A stretch of DNA of 63,364 nt, the filler included. It is 4 parts of 4 records of this genome, joined end to end, with 100 filler letters (N's around TTAATTAATTAA, not from the genome) between each part and the next. Parts side by side here need not be neighbours in the genome. Positions count along the whole stretch, not along the records: positions 13,367 to 34,939 come from SRR20825019_1411; 3 more parts are not named here. One strand, 5' to 3'. A model generated the notes under the pieces. It was not told the origin of the DNA. It did not search any database and saw only the letters and a program-made list of their open reading frames with translations. Position numbers and translations under genes: made by a program. Shown one piece after another: positions 20,060-30,117 of this stretch (the first letter of the stretch is position 1; each line of letters begins with the position of its first letter).

Positions 20060-21172
20060 TCAGTAGAGCTTTGCCAGCGACTTTTTCGCGAAGGGCTCCA
20101 CCTCGCCAATGCGGCCATCCTTCACTTTCACCAGCCACTCCGGGTCCTGCAGCAATGCACGGCCAACGGCGATCAATTCGAATTCGCTGTTGTTCATGCG
20201 CTCAACCAGCTCGTCGATACCAGATTGCTCCACCGCTTCCTTCTTACTGGCGAAAGTACCGCTGATGAAGTCCTCCGTCAGGCCCACACTGCCAACCGAC
20301 ATGGTCGGCTTGCCAGACAGTTTCTGGGTCCACCCTGCCAGGTTCAGGTCAGAGCCTTCGAATTCGGGCTCCCAGAAGCGGCGCGTGGAGGCGTGAAAGA
20401 TATCCACACCGGCATCCACCAACGGTTTCAGAAACTGCTCCAGTTCCTCGGGTGTGTTCACCAGCTTCGCCTCATAATCCTGCTGTTTCCACTGGGAAAA
20501 ACGCAGCATGATGGGGAAGTCCGGGCCTACCCGATGGCGGACAGCTTCAACGATCTCAACCACGAAGCGCAGACGGTTCTCCATACTGCCGCCGTATTCG
20601 TCATCACGCTGGTTGGTGCCTTCCCACAGGAACTGATCCAGCAAATAACCGTGGGCGCCGTGAATCTCCACACCGTCAAAGCCCAACGCTTTGGCATCCT
20701 GAGCACCGTCGGCAAACGCCGTGATGACGTCGTCAATGTCGTCCTTGCTCATCGCCTTGCCGTTGGGTTTGCCCGGTGAAAACAGACCGGACGGGCTGTA
20801 ACCGGGTACGGATGGGTCCGGCTCGGTGCCTTCCTTGCGTACGGCACCCACGTGCCACAACTGCGGGAAAATGGCCCCGCCAGCCTCGTGGACCGCATCA
20901 ACCACATCCTTCCAGCCGGCGAGAGCTGTGTCGCCATGAAAGAACGGCACATTCGGATAACCGTTGGCGCCAGGATGATTCACTGTAGTGCCTTCGGTAA
21001 TCAGCAAACCAACACCGCCTTCAGCGCGGCGGCGATAATAGTCCACCACATCCTGGCTCGGGGCGTTGCCCGGCGAGAAATTGCGGGTCATCGGAGCCAT
21101 CGCCACGCGATTGCGCAGGGTCAGGTTGTGGAGTTCAAAGGGTTCAAACAAAGGGCCAAGATTCATGCTCAT
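20060..21172 (-). CDS. NADH:flavin oxidoreductase / Old Yellow Enzyme family
   Basis: LRNRVAMAPMTR, QLWHVG, GFDGVEIHGAHGYLLDQF, R.DEYGGS.ENR.RF. Start reassigned to MSMNLG. Confidence 0.93.
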   Translation of the reverse strand: MSMNLGPLFEPFELHNLTLRNRVAMAPMTRNFSPGNAPSQDVVDYYRRRAEGGVGLLITEGTTVNHPGANGYPNVPFFHGDTALAGWKDVVDAVHEAGGAIFPQLWHVGAVRKEGTEPDPSVPGYSPSGLFSPGKPNGKAMSKDDIDDVITAFADGAQDAKALGFDGVEIHGAHGYLLDQFLWEGTNQRDDEYGGSMENRLRFVVEIVEAVRHRVGPDFPIMLRFSQWKQQDYEAKLVNTPEELEQFLKPLVDAGVDIFHASTRRFWEPEFEGSDLNLAGWTQKLSGKPTMSVGSVGLTEDFISGTFASKKEAVEQSGIDELVERMNNSEFELIAVGRALLQDPEWLVKVKDGRIGEVEPFAKKSLAKLY

Positions 21173-21191
21173 GGTAGATCGCAACCTTACT

Positions 21192-21241
21192 AATCTGGTT
21201 TCTTTAAGCAACCATATTGAATCTGGTTTTAAAATGCAACC
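21192..21241. promoter_or_regulatory. Tandem GGTT-N9-AACC inverted-repeat boxes; putative operators of the HxlR-type regulator
   Basis: AATCTGGTTTctttaaGCAACC (21192-21213) and AATCTGGTTTtaaaatGCAACC (21220-21241) lie in the 90-bp divergent gap. Confidence 0.65.
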
Positions 21242-21262
21242 CTATTAGGTACACTCCGAAAC

Positions 21263-21751
21263 ATGGCCAGAAAACGTTTTGATGACTCCAATTGCTCCGT
21301 CGCCCGCGCCCTTAACGAGGTGGGTGACTGGTGGTCTCTGCTTGTAGTGCTGCACGCGATGTATGGCACCCGCCGCTTTGTGGATTTCCAGCAAGAGCTG
21401 GGTATTGCCCGCAACATTCTCTGCGACCGGTTAGCGAGGCTGGTGGACAACGAGGTATTGAAGAAGGTGGATGTGGGCGAACACGGCTCACGATTCGAGT
21501 ACCGGCTGACCGAAAAAGGCCGGGACCTGTTTCCGATTGTGATCGCCCTTCGCCAGTGGGGCGACAAATGGAATCCGGCGCCAGATCAAACACCGCTGGA
21601 CCTGAGGGACCGCGAAACCGGGCGTGCCATTTTACCGGTTGAAGTTCAGGATGCCGACGGCAAGCCGCTGACCGTACGTGATGTGTTTGTGCCGGAAGGC
21701 GCCGACACCGGCCTCGAGAAAAAGACACCGGACGGCAAAAAGTCAGCCTGA
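21263..21751 (+). CDS. HxlR/DUF24-family winged-helix transcriptional regulator
   Basis: NCSVARALNEVGDWWSLLV, RRF..FQ.ELGIARNIL, EYRLTEKGRDL. Confidence 0.92.
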   Translation: MARKRFDDSNCSVARALNEVGDWWSLLVVLHAMYGTRRFVDFQQELGIARNILCDRLARLVDNEVLKKVDVGEHGSRFEYRLTEKGRDLFPIVIALRQWGDKWNPAPDQTPLDLRDRETGRAILPVEVQDADGKPLTVRDVFVPEGADTGLEKKTPDGKKSA

Positions 21752-21761
21752 TCCAATACCC

Positions 21762-21787
21762 AAAACGGGGCCCTGGGGCCCCGTTTT
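21762..21787. terminator. Bidirectional terminator between the HxlR regulator and rhlE
   Basis: AAAACGGGGCCC..GGGCCCCGTTTT inverted repeat between convergent genes. Confidence 0.85.
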
Positions 21788-21804
21788 CTGTGGAGTAGGC
21801 AGGA

Positions 21805-23130
21805 CTACGCGTTTTCGCGCTGGGGTGAGCGCCTTGCCTGACCACCGTTGCCATTCTGGCTACGGCCGCCACTGCGACCACCCGGCTTGCCGCCAAAACT
21901 ACGGCCATTTCCGCCGGGCTTACCATTGCCACCACCGTTACCGCCGCGACCACGGGCCCGGCTGGGGTCTGCCTTGGCTTTTGGCTTCAATGGCAGGTTG
22001 TTCTGGGGCTCGAAGCCTTCAACAGACTTGCGCGGCAACTGCTTCTTGATCAGCCTCTCAATCCCGGCAAGCATCTTGCCCTCATCGGCGCTAACCAGCG
22101 ACAGTGCATGGCCGCTTTCACCGGCACGACCAGTACGGCCAATGCGGTGAACGTAGTCTTCCGGCACGTTCGGCAATTCGAAGTTCACCACCTGGGGCAG
22201 CTGTTTGATGTCCAGGCCACGGGCTGCGATGTCGGTTGCGACCAGTACACGCACTTCACCCTGTTTGAAATCAGCCAGGGCGCGGGTACGAGCACCCTGT
22301 GACTTGTTGCCATGGATCGCAGCAGCGGTAATACCGTCACGCTCCAGCTTCTGGGTCAGGCGGTTGGCGCCGTGTTTGGTACGGGTGAACACCAGCACCT
22401 GCTCCCAGCCATTGTCTCGCACGAGCTTGCTCAGCAAGGCGGTTTTCTGGCTCTGATCAACCGGATAGACCGACTGCTTGATGCTTTCCGCAGCAGTGTT
22501 TCGGGCTGCCACTTCCACCTGCACCGGGTTATCCAGAAGGCCTTCGGCCAGGGTGCGGATTTCATTGGAGAAGGTGGCGGAGAACAACAGGTTCTGGCGC
22601 TTGGCGGGCAACAGCGCAAGAATCTTGCGGATGTCACGGATAAAGCCCATGTCCAGCATGCGGTCGGCTTCGTCCAGCACCAGGATTTCCACTTCGTTGA
22701 AGCGAACTGCATTCTGCTGATACAGGTCCATCAGACGGCCGGGTGTGGCCACCAGCACGTCCAGGCCCTTACGCAGCTTCATCATCTGCGGATTGATTTT
22801 TACGCCACCAAACACCACGGCGGACTTGGTCGGCATGTATCGGCTGTAAAGGGCCACACTGTCGTGTACCTGGGCCGCCAGCTCGCGGGTAGGAGCCAGG
22901 ATCAGTACACGCGGGCCTTTGCCAGTGCGGGGGGTTTCCGCCAGGCGCTGCAGCAATGGCAGGGTGAACCCTGCGGTTTTACCGGTACCCGTCTGGGCAG
23001 CCGCCATCACGTCCCTGCCGGATAAAACGGCGGGAATGGCCTTGGCCTGGATGGGTGATGGGGTTTCGTAACCCTGGTCGGCAGTGGCACGGACCAGTTG
23101 CTCGGACAAACCGAGTGAAGAAAAACTCAT
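21805..23130 (-). CDS. rhlE: DEAD-box ATP-dependent RNA helicase (RhlE-like)
   Basis: [47 protein letters not shown] typical of RhlE; Gly/Arg-rich tail. Confidence 0.88.
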   Translation of the reverse strand: MSFSSLGLSEQLVRATADQGYETPSPIQAKAIPAVLSGRDVMAAAQTGTGKTAGFTLPLLQRLAETPRTGKGPRVLILAPTRELAAQVHDSVALYSRYMPTKSAVVFGGVKINPQMMKLRKGLDVLVATPGRLMDLYQQNAVRFNEVEILVLDEADRMLDMGFIRDIRKILALLPAKRQNLLFSATFSNEIRTLAEGLLDNPVQVEVAARNTAAESIKQSVYPVDQSQKTALLSKLVRDNGWEQVLVFTRTKHGANRLTQKLERDGITAAAIHGNKSQGARTRALADFKQGEVRVLVATDIAARGLDIKQLPQVVNFELPNVPEDYVHRIGRTGRAGESGHALSLVSADEGKMLAGIERLIKKQLPRKSVEGFEPQNNLPLKPKAKADPSRARGRGGNGGGNGKPGGNGRSFGGKPGGRSGGRSQNGNGGQARRSPQRENA

Positions 23131-23407
23131 AGTGGATCAACTCTTGATTAGTCTGCCTCCACGAACACCGATCTCGGCGAATGCGGGCAGATGCCATGAA
23201 GATTCATGGAATAAAAGACGACTACGGCCACACACCGTTAACGGGGTGACGTCCTCTGACAGGTCGTATGGATGGTTCGCACGGGCTTGAAGCCTTGAAT
23301 TGCGGAAATCCCTAGAGGCAGGATGCTGGGCACACTAACAGAGTGGTTCGGGAATAGCTATAAGGAACTTTACCGGGCAGGGATCTTTGATGTGGTCCCC
23401 CGTCGGG

Positions 23408-23437
23408 GATAACCCTGCCAGGCCAGGCAGGGTTATC
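23408..23437 (-). terminator. Strong hairpin downstream of the DUF1329 gene
   Basis: GATAACCCTGCC-N6-GGCAGGGTTATC, a perfect 12-bp stem; no clear U-tract. Confidence 0.55.
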
Positions 23438-23453
23438 GGTCCGCCATTAACGA

Positions 23454-24815
23454 TTAACGCACGCCGTCCCGGCGTAACGCAGCCGGCGTGTATTCACGGG
23501 AGCGACGCTCGGTACCATACTGGTAAGGCTCGTCTTCCTCGTTGGTCAGCCCCATCACCAGATAGCGCCCTGACAACAGGTCATACAGGGTTTCAAAGGC
23601 ATAGGCCGGAATGTTGGCATCGTATATCTGCATCGCGTGCGCTTCGGCAACACGCCACAGGTTGCCACGACCATCGTAGTGATCCACCGCTGCAATCTGC
23701 CAGGTATCCTCATCAATGTAGAAGTCCCGTTTGCCGTAGACATGCCGCTCACCATCCTTGAGTGTCGCTGTTACATGCCATACCCGGTGCAGCTCATAAC
23801 GCGTGAGGCCCTGGTCGACATGGCCGGGCTTTATGATGTCGTCATAGCTCAGGCTCTCGTCGGTCAGGCGATAGGAATTGTACGGAATGTACAGCTCTTT
23901 CTTGCCCTTGAGTTCCCAGTTGTAACGGTCTGGCGCGCCATTGTAGAGGTCCAGGTTGTCAGACGTGCGCTGACCATCTGCGGCGGTACCCGGCCCATCG
24001 TAGGCCACATTGGGAGCACGGCGAACACGACGCTGCCCGGAGTTGTACAACCATGCGCGGCGGGGCTCCTTAACCTGGTTGATGGTCTCGTGCACCAGCA
24101 GTACGTTGCCGGCGAGGCGAGACGGAGCGGTGATGGCCTGCTTGAAATAGAACATCACATTGGGATCTTCGCTTGGATCGAAATCCTCCAGCGCCACCCG
24201 CTCGGTAAACGATTCGGTGAACCTGACCGGGCTGAAATCGCCATTTGGCTGCGGTGTTACCTGTGCCACATTGCGGGTAAAGGAACCGCCGCGGTAGCGG
24301 GTGATATGGTTGAAAATCACCTCAAGGCCATTTTGGGGGATCGGAAACGGGGTCGCTGTTTTGTAGTTCTTGAGACCGTTCCCGCTTTCCACCAACTCCA
24401 CTTCGGTGGCATTGGCCTTGGTTTTCTCCAGCACGTCGGCAGGATAGGTCGCCGTTCTCCGGGTCTGGTAGACCGGCATAAAATAATTGTCGTACGTCTT
24501 GATCATCGCAATCTGGCCGGGCGTCAGGTTGTCCGCGTACTGGTCAACGTTGCTCTGATCGATACGAAACAGCTCTTTGTCATTGGGAAACGGATCCACG
24601 TATCGGCCGTCGCCCTGGTAGGCACCCGGTGCCTGAAGCAGCCCCCCGTCCCAGGCAGGAATTTCATCGCCATTACCGGACTTCTCGGCGCCCATCGGCG
24701 TGAGCGTATCTCCCAGTTTGGCGGCCTCCTGGGCCGACACTGCTGCGCCGGCTGATGCGGAATACAGCATCGAGCACGCCAATGCACTGTAAAGCAGGTT
24801 TTTTCGGTTAATCAT
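23454..24815 (-). CDS. DUF1329 family exported protein (LolA-like fold)
   Basis: Signal peptide; LG.TLTPMGAEK.GN..EIPAWDGG, PFPIP.NG.E, RRAWLYNSGQRRVRRAP..AYD, YIDEDTW. Confidence 0.88.
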   Translation of the reverse strand: MINRKNLLYSALACSMLYSASAGAAVSAQEAAKLGDTLTPMGAEKSGNGDEIPAWDGGLLQAPGAYQGDGRYVDPFPNDKELFRIDQSNVDQYADNLTPGQIAMIKTYDNYFMPVYQTRRTATYPADVLEKTKANATEVELVESGNGLKNYKTATPFPIPQNGLEVIFNHITRYRGGSFTRNVAQVTPQPNGDFSPVRFTESFTERVALEDFDPSEDPNVMFYFKQAITAPSRLAGNVLLVHETINQVKEPRRAWLYNSGQRRVRRAPNVAYDGPGTAADGQRTSDNLDLYNGAPDRYNWELKGKKELYIPYNSYRLTDESLSYDDIIKPGHVDQGLTRYELHRVWHVTATLKDGERHVYGKRDFYIDEDTWQIAAVDHYDGRGNLWRVAEAHAMQIYDANIPAYAFETLYDLLSGRYLVMGLTNEEDEPYQYGTERRSREYTPAALRRDGVR

Positions 24816-24844
24816 GGATTACTCCTCGGTTTTCAGACAATGGT

Positions 24845-26734
24845 TCAAAATGAATAGGACACTGAGGCCGACACGAAATCCCGGTCATTGATGACGTTGT
24901 AATCACCCCCGAAATAGTTGGTGTAGCTCAGATTGGCTTTGTAGGCGTTTTGATAGGTGGCTTCGACGGCCAGGCCCAGTGACTTGTTGCCTTCCTGGAA
25001 GTTGCCACCAGGATCTGGTGCGTAGCCCTTCACGTCGTGAGAGAAAAAGAGCCGGGGGCGCAAGTTGACGCCAGCGACGGCATCCGGATAGTCCCAGACA
25101 AACAGCGTGCGATAGCCCCAGGAGAAGGACGTGGTAAACCCACCACCTCCACAGTTGCTGGGGTTGATGTTCAAACGCGGGTCACTGTCTGTGCCCTGGC
25201 TGCAGTAGTCACCGGTAAAGTTGTCACCCTCCAGCGGCACCGGCCCCACACCGTAGATGCCCGATCGCCCGTAGCGGGCTTCCGAGGTGCTGGGCAGATC
25301 GTGGATATAGGTGGCACCAACCTCACCAACAATGATGAAACGGGCGGCGCCCATTACCCGGTCAATGAAGTGAATGAATGTGGCCTGGGCCTGGGAAACG
25401 TTGTAACGGTCGTAGCCATCAACAGCCTTACCGGCATAGTTGAAATTGGGATCCTTCTCACGCTGGCGTTGCTCCAGCTTGCTCACTACCTGTCCATCCG
25501 GACCACGCTGTTGCAAGCCTCCGTAGATCAGCTCAAACGTGTTCCACTGGATGGGAAGGTTTGGCCGGAAGCTGTATTCCGCCCCCAGCGAAGTGCCCGT
25601 TGGAAGGGTGGTGTTGATACTGATGCCATAGAGATCAATGTCTTCCGGATACTCGATGAAATAGCTGGGAAACCTGGAGTTGGGCAGGTTGGGGTCGCTT
25701 TTCTGGTTTGCCGATGGGTCCGAGGGGTTGTTGACCACACCACTGATGTACGGAAGACGGCTGTGATAACGGGTGTAGTAGAACCCCAGCTCGGCCCCCA
25801 GGTCGGTCAGATACCAACGCAACGCGGCACCGAACTGATCCTTGTCCCCGGGCTCGCGATCGCCCAGGCGCGGAGACACGAATCCCTCTTCCAGCGCCTG
25901 GGAGTCAGGCACCTGGCCCGCCAGTAATACCGGGCCACAGCCATCGGCCGCCACGTCGGCGGAGGAAAAATAGGTGCCACAATCGTCGATCCTGAAGCTT
26001 TCCCAGTCGGTCTGAACAAACGCCTCCATGGTGATTTCAGGCGTCAGGCCAACCGACGTATACAACATCTCCACTGGTAACAATACGTCTTTCAGCTCCG
26101 CGCCGGGAGCACGAAACGCGGGAACGTCGATCGGATTGACCGCGTTGATACCGCCCAGGATGAACGTGCTTTCGCCCCAGTTCACCACCTGACGGCCGTA
26201 ACGGATCGACACCGGCGTATCGCCGAAGTACCAGTCCGTAAACACGTAGGCGTCGAGAAGATCCACACCGGAGGCGTTATCTTTGGCCTCATCATTCAAT
26301 TCACGTCGTTGGCCGACCGGGTCCTTGGCGCGACGGTTATCCTTCAGTTCGTGGTCGTAATAGTAAGTGCCTCGCACCAGCGCCCCGACCCGCGTCAGCG
26401 TGTCACTGTCGGGGGTGTAGTCCAGGAACAGTTCACTACGGCCACGCAGGATCTGGGAATATGGCTCGTTCTTTTCAAAGTTCAGGTTGCCGTCGTCGAA
26501 GTTGTTGGACGAGGCGCCCGTGTTACTGAATGCGAATTCCGGGCCCAGGTTGCCCTGGGAGATCAGATCTTTGTCCTGATCTTCCAACCGATAGGCAATC
26601 CCCGCCGTCAGGGTCGTTGAGAGCGAGGCGTCGATCTCGTAGATGTCAAAATCGAATGCCATCGCCGGGGCAGTGGATACGATTGCGCCGATAGCCAGCG
26701 CCAGGCGTTTACGGTCTCGGTTTTTTGTTGTCAT
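24845..26734 (-). CDS. DUF1302 family outer-membrane beta-barrel protein
   Basis: Signal peptide; N.DDGNLNF, LLDAYV, GRQVVNWGESTF..GGIN..NPID....RAPGAELK; terminal DRDFVSASVSYSF. Start reassigned to MTTKNR. Confidence 0.88.
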   Translation of the reverse strand: MTTKNRDRKRLALAIGAIVSTAPAMAFDFDIYEIDASLSTTLTAGIAYRLEDQDKDLISQGNLGPEFAFSNTGASSNNFDDGNLNFEKNEPYSQILRGRSELFLDYTPDSDTLTRVGALVRGTYYYDHELKDNRRAKDPVGQRRELNDEAKDNASGVDLLDAYVFTDWYFGDTPVSIRYGRQVVNWGESTFILGGINAVNPIDVPAFRAPGAELKDVLLPVEMLYTSVGLTPEITMEAFVQTDWESFRIDDCGTYFSSADVAADGCGPVLLAGQVPDSQALEEGFVSPRLGDREPGDKDQFGAALRWYLTDLGAELGFYYTRYHSRLPYISGVVNNPSDPSANQKSDPNLPNSRFPSYFIEYPEDIDLYGISINTTLPTGTSLGAEYSFRPNLPIQWNTFELIYGGLQQRGPDGQVVSKLEQRQREKDPNFNYAGKAVDGYDRYNVSQAQATFIHFIDRVMGAARFIIVGEVGATYIHDLPSTSEARYGRSGIYGVGPVPLEGDNFTGDYCSQGTDSDPRLNINPSNCGGGGFTTSFSWGYRTLFVWDYPDAVAGVNLRPRLFFSHDVKGYAPDPGGNFQEGNKSLGLAVEATYQNAYKANLSYTNYFGGDYNVINDRDFVSASVSYSF

Positions 26735-26864
26735 TGGTCTGTAGCTCCAGTTTTTCAGGCAAAGCTTCCCCATTGATGGAGAGAATCGCCATCGACATAC
26801 ACGTGTTTATCGGGAACGGGCGCTCCGGGATCTCCGAAGCGCTGGTTGTCTGGCCGTTGGGTTT

Positions 26865-29840
26865 CTAGATCAGGCCGCCACCAATCAGGCCACCATCACC
26901 TCCATCACCCCCACCATCTCCGCCGCCGTCCGGCTCACTGCCTGGATCGGTGTTGCCCTCGGCGGAGCAGTCCGTACCTGAGGTATCGGCATCCTCTACG
27001 ACACAGGGGTTGCTGACAGAAACGGTGCCATCACTGAACAGCTCCAGCATCTGCGCGATCATCTCGTCGAAGACCGCACGTGAAGAAAAGGCATCCGCCG
27101 CTTTCTGACCGGCAGACACGGGGTTGCCATGCGACCCTTCCAGATAGCGGGTTATGGCTGGGAGGCCACTTGCCAGCGGCGTTGACTCAGCGCCCATACC
27201 CGCAGCCAGGGGATCCGTACCCGCCAGAGGTGCGCGCTCACTACTGATCACAAATCCGGTTTCCGGAACCGTGGTTTCAAGGGGCCCCATGGCGTAAAGC
27301 TGATCATCCGCGGCATTGGGAATCGTGTCGTCAGTTGGGCGCTCAGGGTCATCATCAACACCAACGATTTCAGTCAGCAACGTGTTGGTGTTCTGATAAA
27401 AGCCGGCATAGGCGACAGGGTCTGCCGAATCCAGCTGCGACTGGAACACATTGAAGTAGATGTTGAGTTCCGTACGTCCCTGCGCCAGCACGCCGTCAGA
27501 GGCGGCGTCCAGCACGGGAAGAAGCTGTGGTGCCAGTGACTGCGAGTTTTCGAACAGACGTGTGAACTGACCGCCGGTGTTCAGCAGATTCGAGGCCAGA
27601 ACCGGGCTGAGATTGGAGTTGCCCGCAGCACTCGCTGCATTGTTAACCGGTGGGAAGGCCGCGCCACCCATACCACTGAGCGAATGGCTCATGAAATAGA
27701 CCCGGCTCGGATCAATGCTCAGGCCCTGGGCACAATCGCCGGCGGCCTGACACGCGTTGATGGCGTCCTCGATCGCCTGCAACGAGGCGTTCACGTTAAG
27801 CAGGTCGAGGGTGCCCTGGCGCATGTTGTCACGGGTGTTGGCGTAGTTAGTGAAATTCAGGTACAGACTTCCCGATTCGGGCTCCTGCAGTTCACCCGCC
27901 GGTACCGGATTAAGATCCGCGTCAGCGGCGAAGCCAAAGTGACGCTCGACGGCGTCCGCCGAAGCACCATCCTGAGTGGTGATGGGATTAAGACCAACCA
28001 CGCCCTCTCCGAAAATACCGTGCAGCGGCTGATCGATACCGATGGTGACGAAGCAGTCAAAGGTATTGCCAGGGTCTGCGCAGGACAACCCAGCGGCTGT
28101 CGCCAGAGGGAGGATCGCCGAACGGTCGGTGGTCACGGCATGCTGATAGATGATCACCGGAAAACCATTTGCCGGGGTCTGCGGGGCAATCAAGGCCTGG
28201 TTGGTGTCGGGCGCGGCAACTACAATGGGAACCGTTGTTTCACTGGACTTTTCAGCAAACGGGAAGCGGTAGGTCACGCGATCCGAGGGCGCCTGATCGA
28301 GTGACTCCTCGGCACTGAAGTCCGCCGGGAGCCAACTGGCCGAGCGCAGGGCTGACCCATCCGTCGCCTCCGGCACGCCCTGAAAATACGGCAGGGTAAT
28401 CTCGCCCTCATAGACATGGATATTAAGAGGGGTGCCCTGAACTTCCTGAGCCAACGCCGGATTTATCTCACCACCGTCGCGCTGGTTGAACATTCTTACT
28501 GTTCGCGGCTTCGGGGCATCAATAAGGTTGTCAGCGGCGGTTGCAAGCGCCTGGGCGTCAGCCTCAGTATCGTGGACTGTATCGACGGCCATTGCTGTTG
28601 CGGCCTGCAAAGCATAGGCGACCCTGCGGTCCGCCTGATCATTGCTGACAAGGTCCTGATATTGAACGACCATGCCAGCGTCCCGGGCATCACTGAGCAG
28701 GCCGGCGAGCTCGGCGTCGTAGAGGCGGAAATTGGTGTCCGTCAGCGTTGTATGGATTTCATCGTTGATGTTCTGCTGTTCCGCCGTCGCGGCCCCCTCC
28801 AGCGGCTGTTGAGTCAGGTTGTAGAATCCGGAGATCAACTGCTGGAGCCCTTCCTGTCGGGCAGCTATACCCAGGCTGTTGCGGAAGAACGTCACCGGGG
28901 CTGTATTTGCCAGCAGCACGTCGTCTACCGCCGTTGTGGTGATCGTTGTGGAAAACACAACGTCATCGAACTTCTTTGAGAATCCAGCGATGGAAAACGC
29001 CTGCTTGAACTCAAAATAGTCGGAAGCGAGTCGGCGGGCAGGTAACAACGCCTCGCGGAATGGCTCGAACGCAACATTGGAAAGCACCGCTTCCGGGTCC
29101 GCCACCGACTGGTAGGTCGGAGCGCCAACGAGCGGGTCGCCGTTGGTGTCTACAATGTCGTCGGTGATGGCCAGGGCGTACCGGGTTTTCTCAGCCAGTG
29201 GCTTGACCGGCAGAATCCGGATCATATTGTTCTGGCCACCATCGATATCCAGCAGCTCAACCCGAAGTCTGTCCTCAACCAGGGCATCGAAAATCGCATC
29301 GGCTTCGGCGGTATTACCGCTTTCCTCAAGCGCCAGTGCCCGCCGGTACTGAATCGCCGATGAAATTCCGGCGACCTCTCCGGAGGTTTGACGGAGGCTA
29401 TCGCCACCGGCATATTCCAGGGGAATCAGGAACACATTCTGATCCGGGTTGGGGACAACTTCGCCCTCCACGGAGATAAAGTCACGTGCATCAAGGGTCT
29501 GCTGGCTGTCCAGGCTGCCACTGATCTTGATATCAATGGGTGCCAGTACTGAATTTCCATCGAGAAATCCAATGCCCGTGGTCACCGGGTTGGCAGGATC
29601 GCTGCCGTTCAGCATGGTGCCGTCGTCAACCTCACTGAGATAGAAAAGGGAATCGCTTGGAATCGGGAATTGGGTGGTCAACGGGTCAAATAATGGGTGA
29701 GTTCCCCGCTCCACGGCCGGATTGGTAATGTCGTAGTCTGGGTCCGCATTCTTTGTAGTCTGGCTGCTGCTTTCAAAACAACCCGTCAGGCTGACCGACA
29801 AAATGACCATCGACATCAGTCGCGTTTGGCGCATGAACAT
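26865..29840 (-). CDS. Large lipoprotein, extracellular lipase-like (Pla-1/cef/VolA type) alpha/beta hydrolase
   Basis: Lipobox LTGC; N-terminal PLFDP...FPIPSD...LDG.S...PI; PVIIYQH.VT, IGIDQPLHG, TRDNMRQ..LDLL, SHSLS elbow, DDTIPN, EGSHG. Confidence 0.78.
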   Translation of the reverse strand: MFMRQTRLMSMVILSVSLTGCFESSSQTTKNADPDYDITNPAVERGTHPLFDPLTTQFPIPSDSLFYLSEVDDGTMLNGSDPANPVTTGIGFLDGNSVLAPIDIKISGSLDSQQTLDARDFISVEGEVVPNPDQNVFLIPLEYAGGDSLRQTSGEVAGISSAIQYRRALALEESGNTAEADAIFDALVEDRLRVELLDIDGGQNNMIRILPVKPLAEKTRYALAITDDIVDTNGDPLVGAPTYQSVADPEAVLSNVAFEPFREALLPARRLASDYFEFKQAFSIAGFSKKFDDVVFSTTITTTAVDDVLLANTAPVTFFRNSLGIAARQEGLQQLISGFYNLTQQPLEGAATAEQQNINDEIHTTLTDTNFRLYDAELAGLLSDARDAGMVVQYQDLVSNDQADRRVAYALQAATAMAVDTVHDTEADAQALATAADNLIDAPKPRTVRMFNQRDGGEINPALAQEVQGTPLNIHVYEGEITLPYFQGVPEATDGSALRSASWLPADFSAEESLDQAPSDRVTYRFPFAEKSSETTVPIVVAAPDTNQALIAPQTPANGFPVIIYQHAVTTDRSAILPLATAAGLSCADPGNTFDCFVTIGIDQPLHGIFGEGVVGLNPITTQDGASADAVERHFGFAADADLNPVPAGELQEPESGSLYLNFTNYANTRDNMRQGTLDLLNVNASLQAIEDAINACQAAGDCAQGLSIDPSRVYFMSHSLSGMGGAAFPPVNNAASAAGNSNLSPVLASNLLNTGGQFTRLFENSQSLAPQLLPVLDAASDGVLAQGRTELNIYFNVFQSQLDSADPVAYAGFYQNTNTLLTEIVGVDDDPERPTDDTIPNAADDQLYAMGPLETTVPETGFVISSERAPLAGTDPLAAGMGAESTPLASGLPAITRYLEGSHGNPVSAGQKAADAFSSRAVFDEMIAQMLELFSDGTVSVSNPCVVEDADTSGTDCSAEGNTDPGSEPDGGGDGGGDGGDGGLIGGGLI

Positions 29841-29898
29841 ACTTGTTTACCTCTGTACGTTTTTTTGTAGTTCGAGACTCGTCCTGTGTCTTTCGGCC

Positions 29899-29927
29899 TA
29901 ACACGGAAGTCTAATTGCGGTGGTTCC
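29899..29927 (-). promoter_or_regulatory. Putative ECF sigma promoter for the lipase arm
   Basis: Minus strand GGAACC-accgcaattagacttc(16)-CGTGTTA, about 60 nt upstream of the lipase start. Confidence 0.7.
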
Positions 29928-30117
29928 AAAAAAATTTTCCCGAATAGACGAGAAATCGCAAAAGGAAGGGCTAACTGGTTCTTGTAGCGAGAAATTTGTC
30001 TCGAACAAAAGGCAATAATGATGGTATGTTCAGAATCTGACATCCGAACACCTACAAGAATGGCCTGAGGACGGGGCACCCGCCAAACCGTGCCAACCAC
30101 AGACCGAGGGAATCAGA

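Noticed and set aside
26798-26826. Possible third ECF promoter upstream of DUF1302 (minus strand GGAGCG-N17-CGTGTA)
   Set aside because: The -35 mismatches GGAACC, the spacing differs, and it overlaps an intergenic hairpin; too weak to call.
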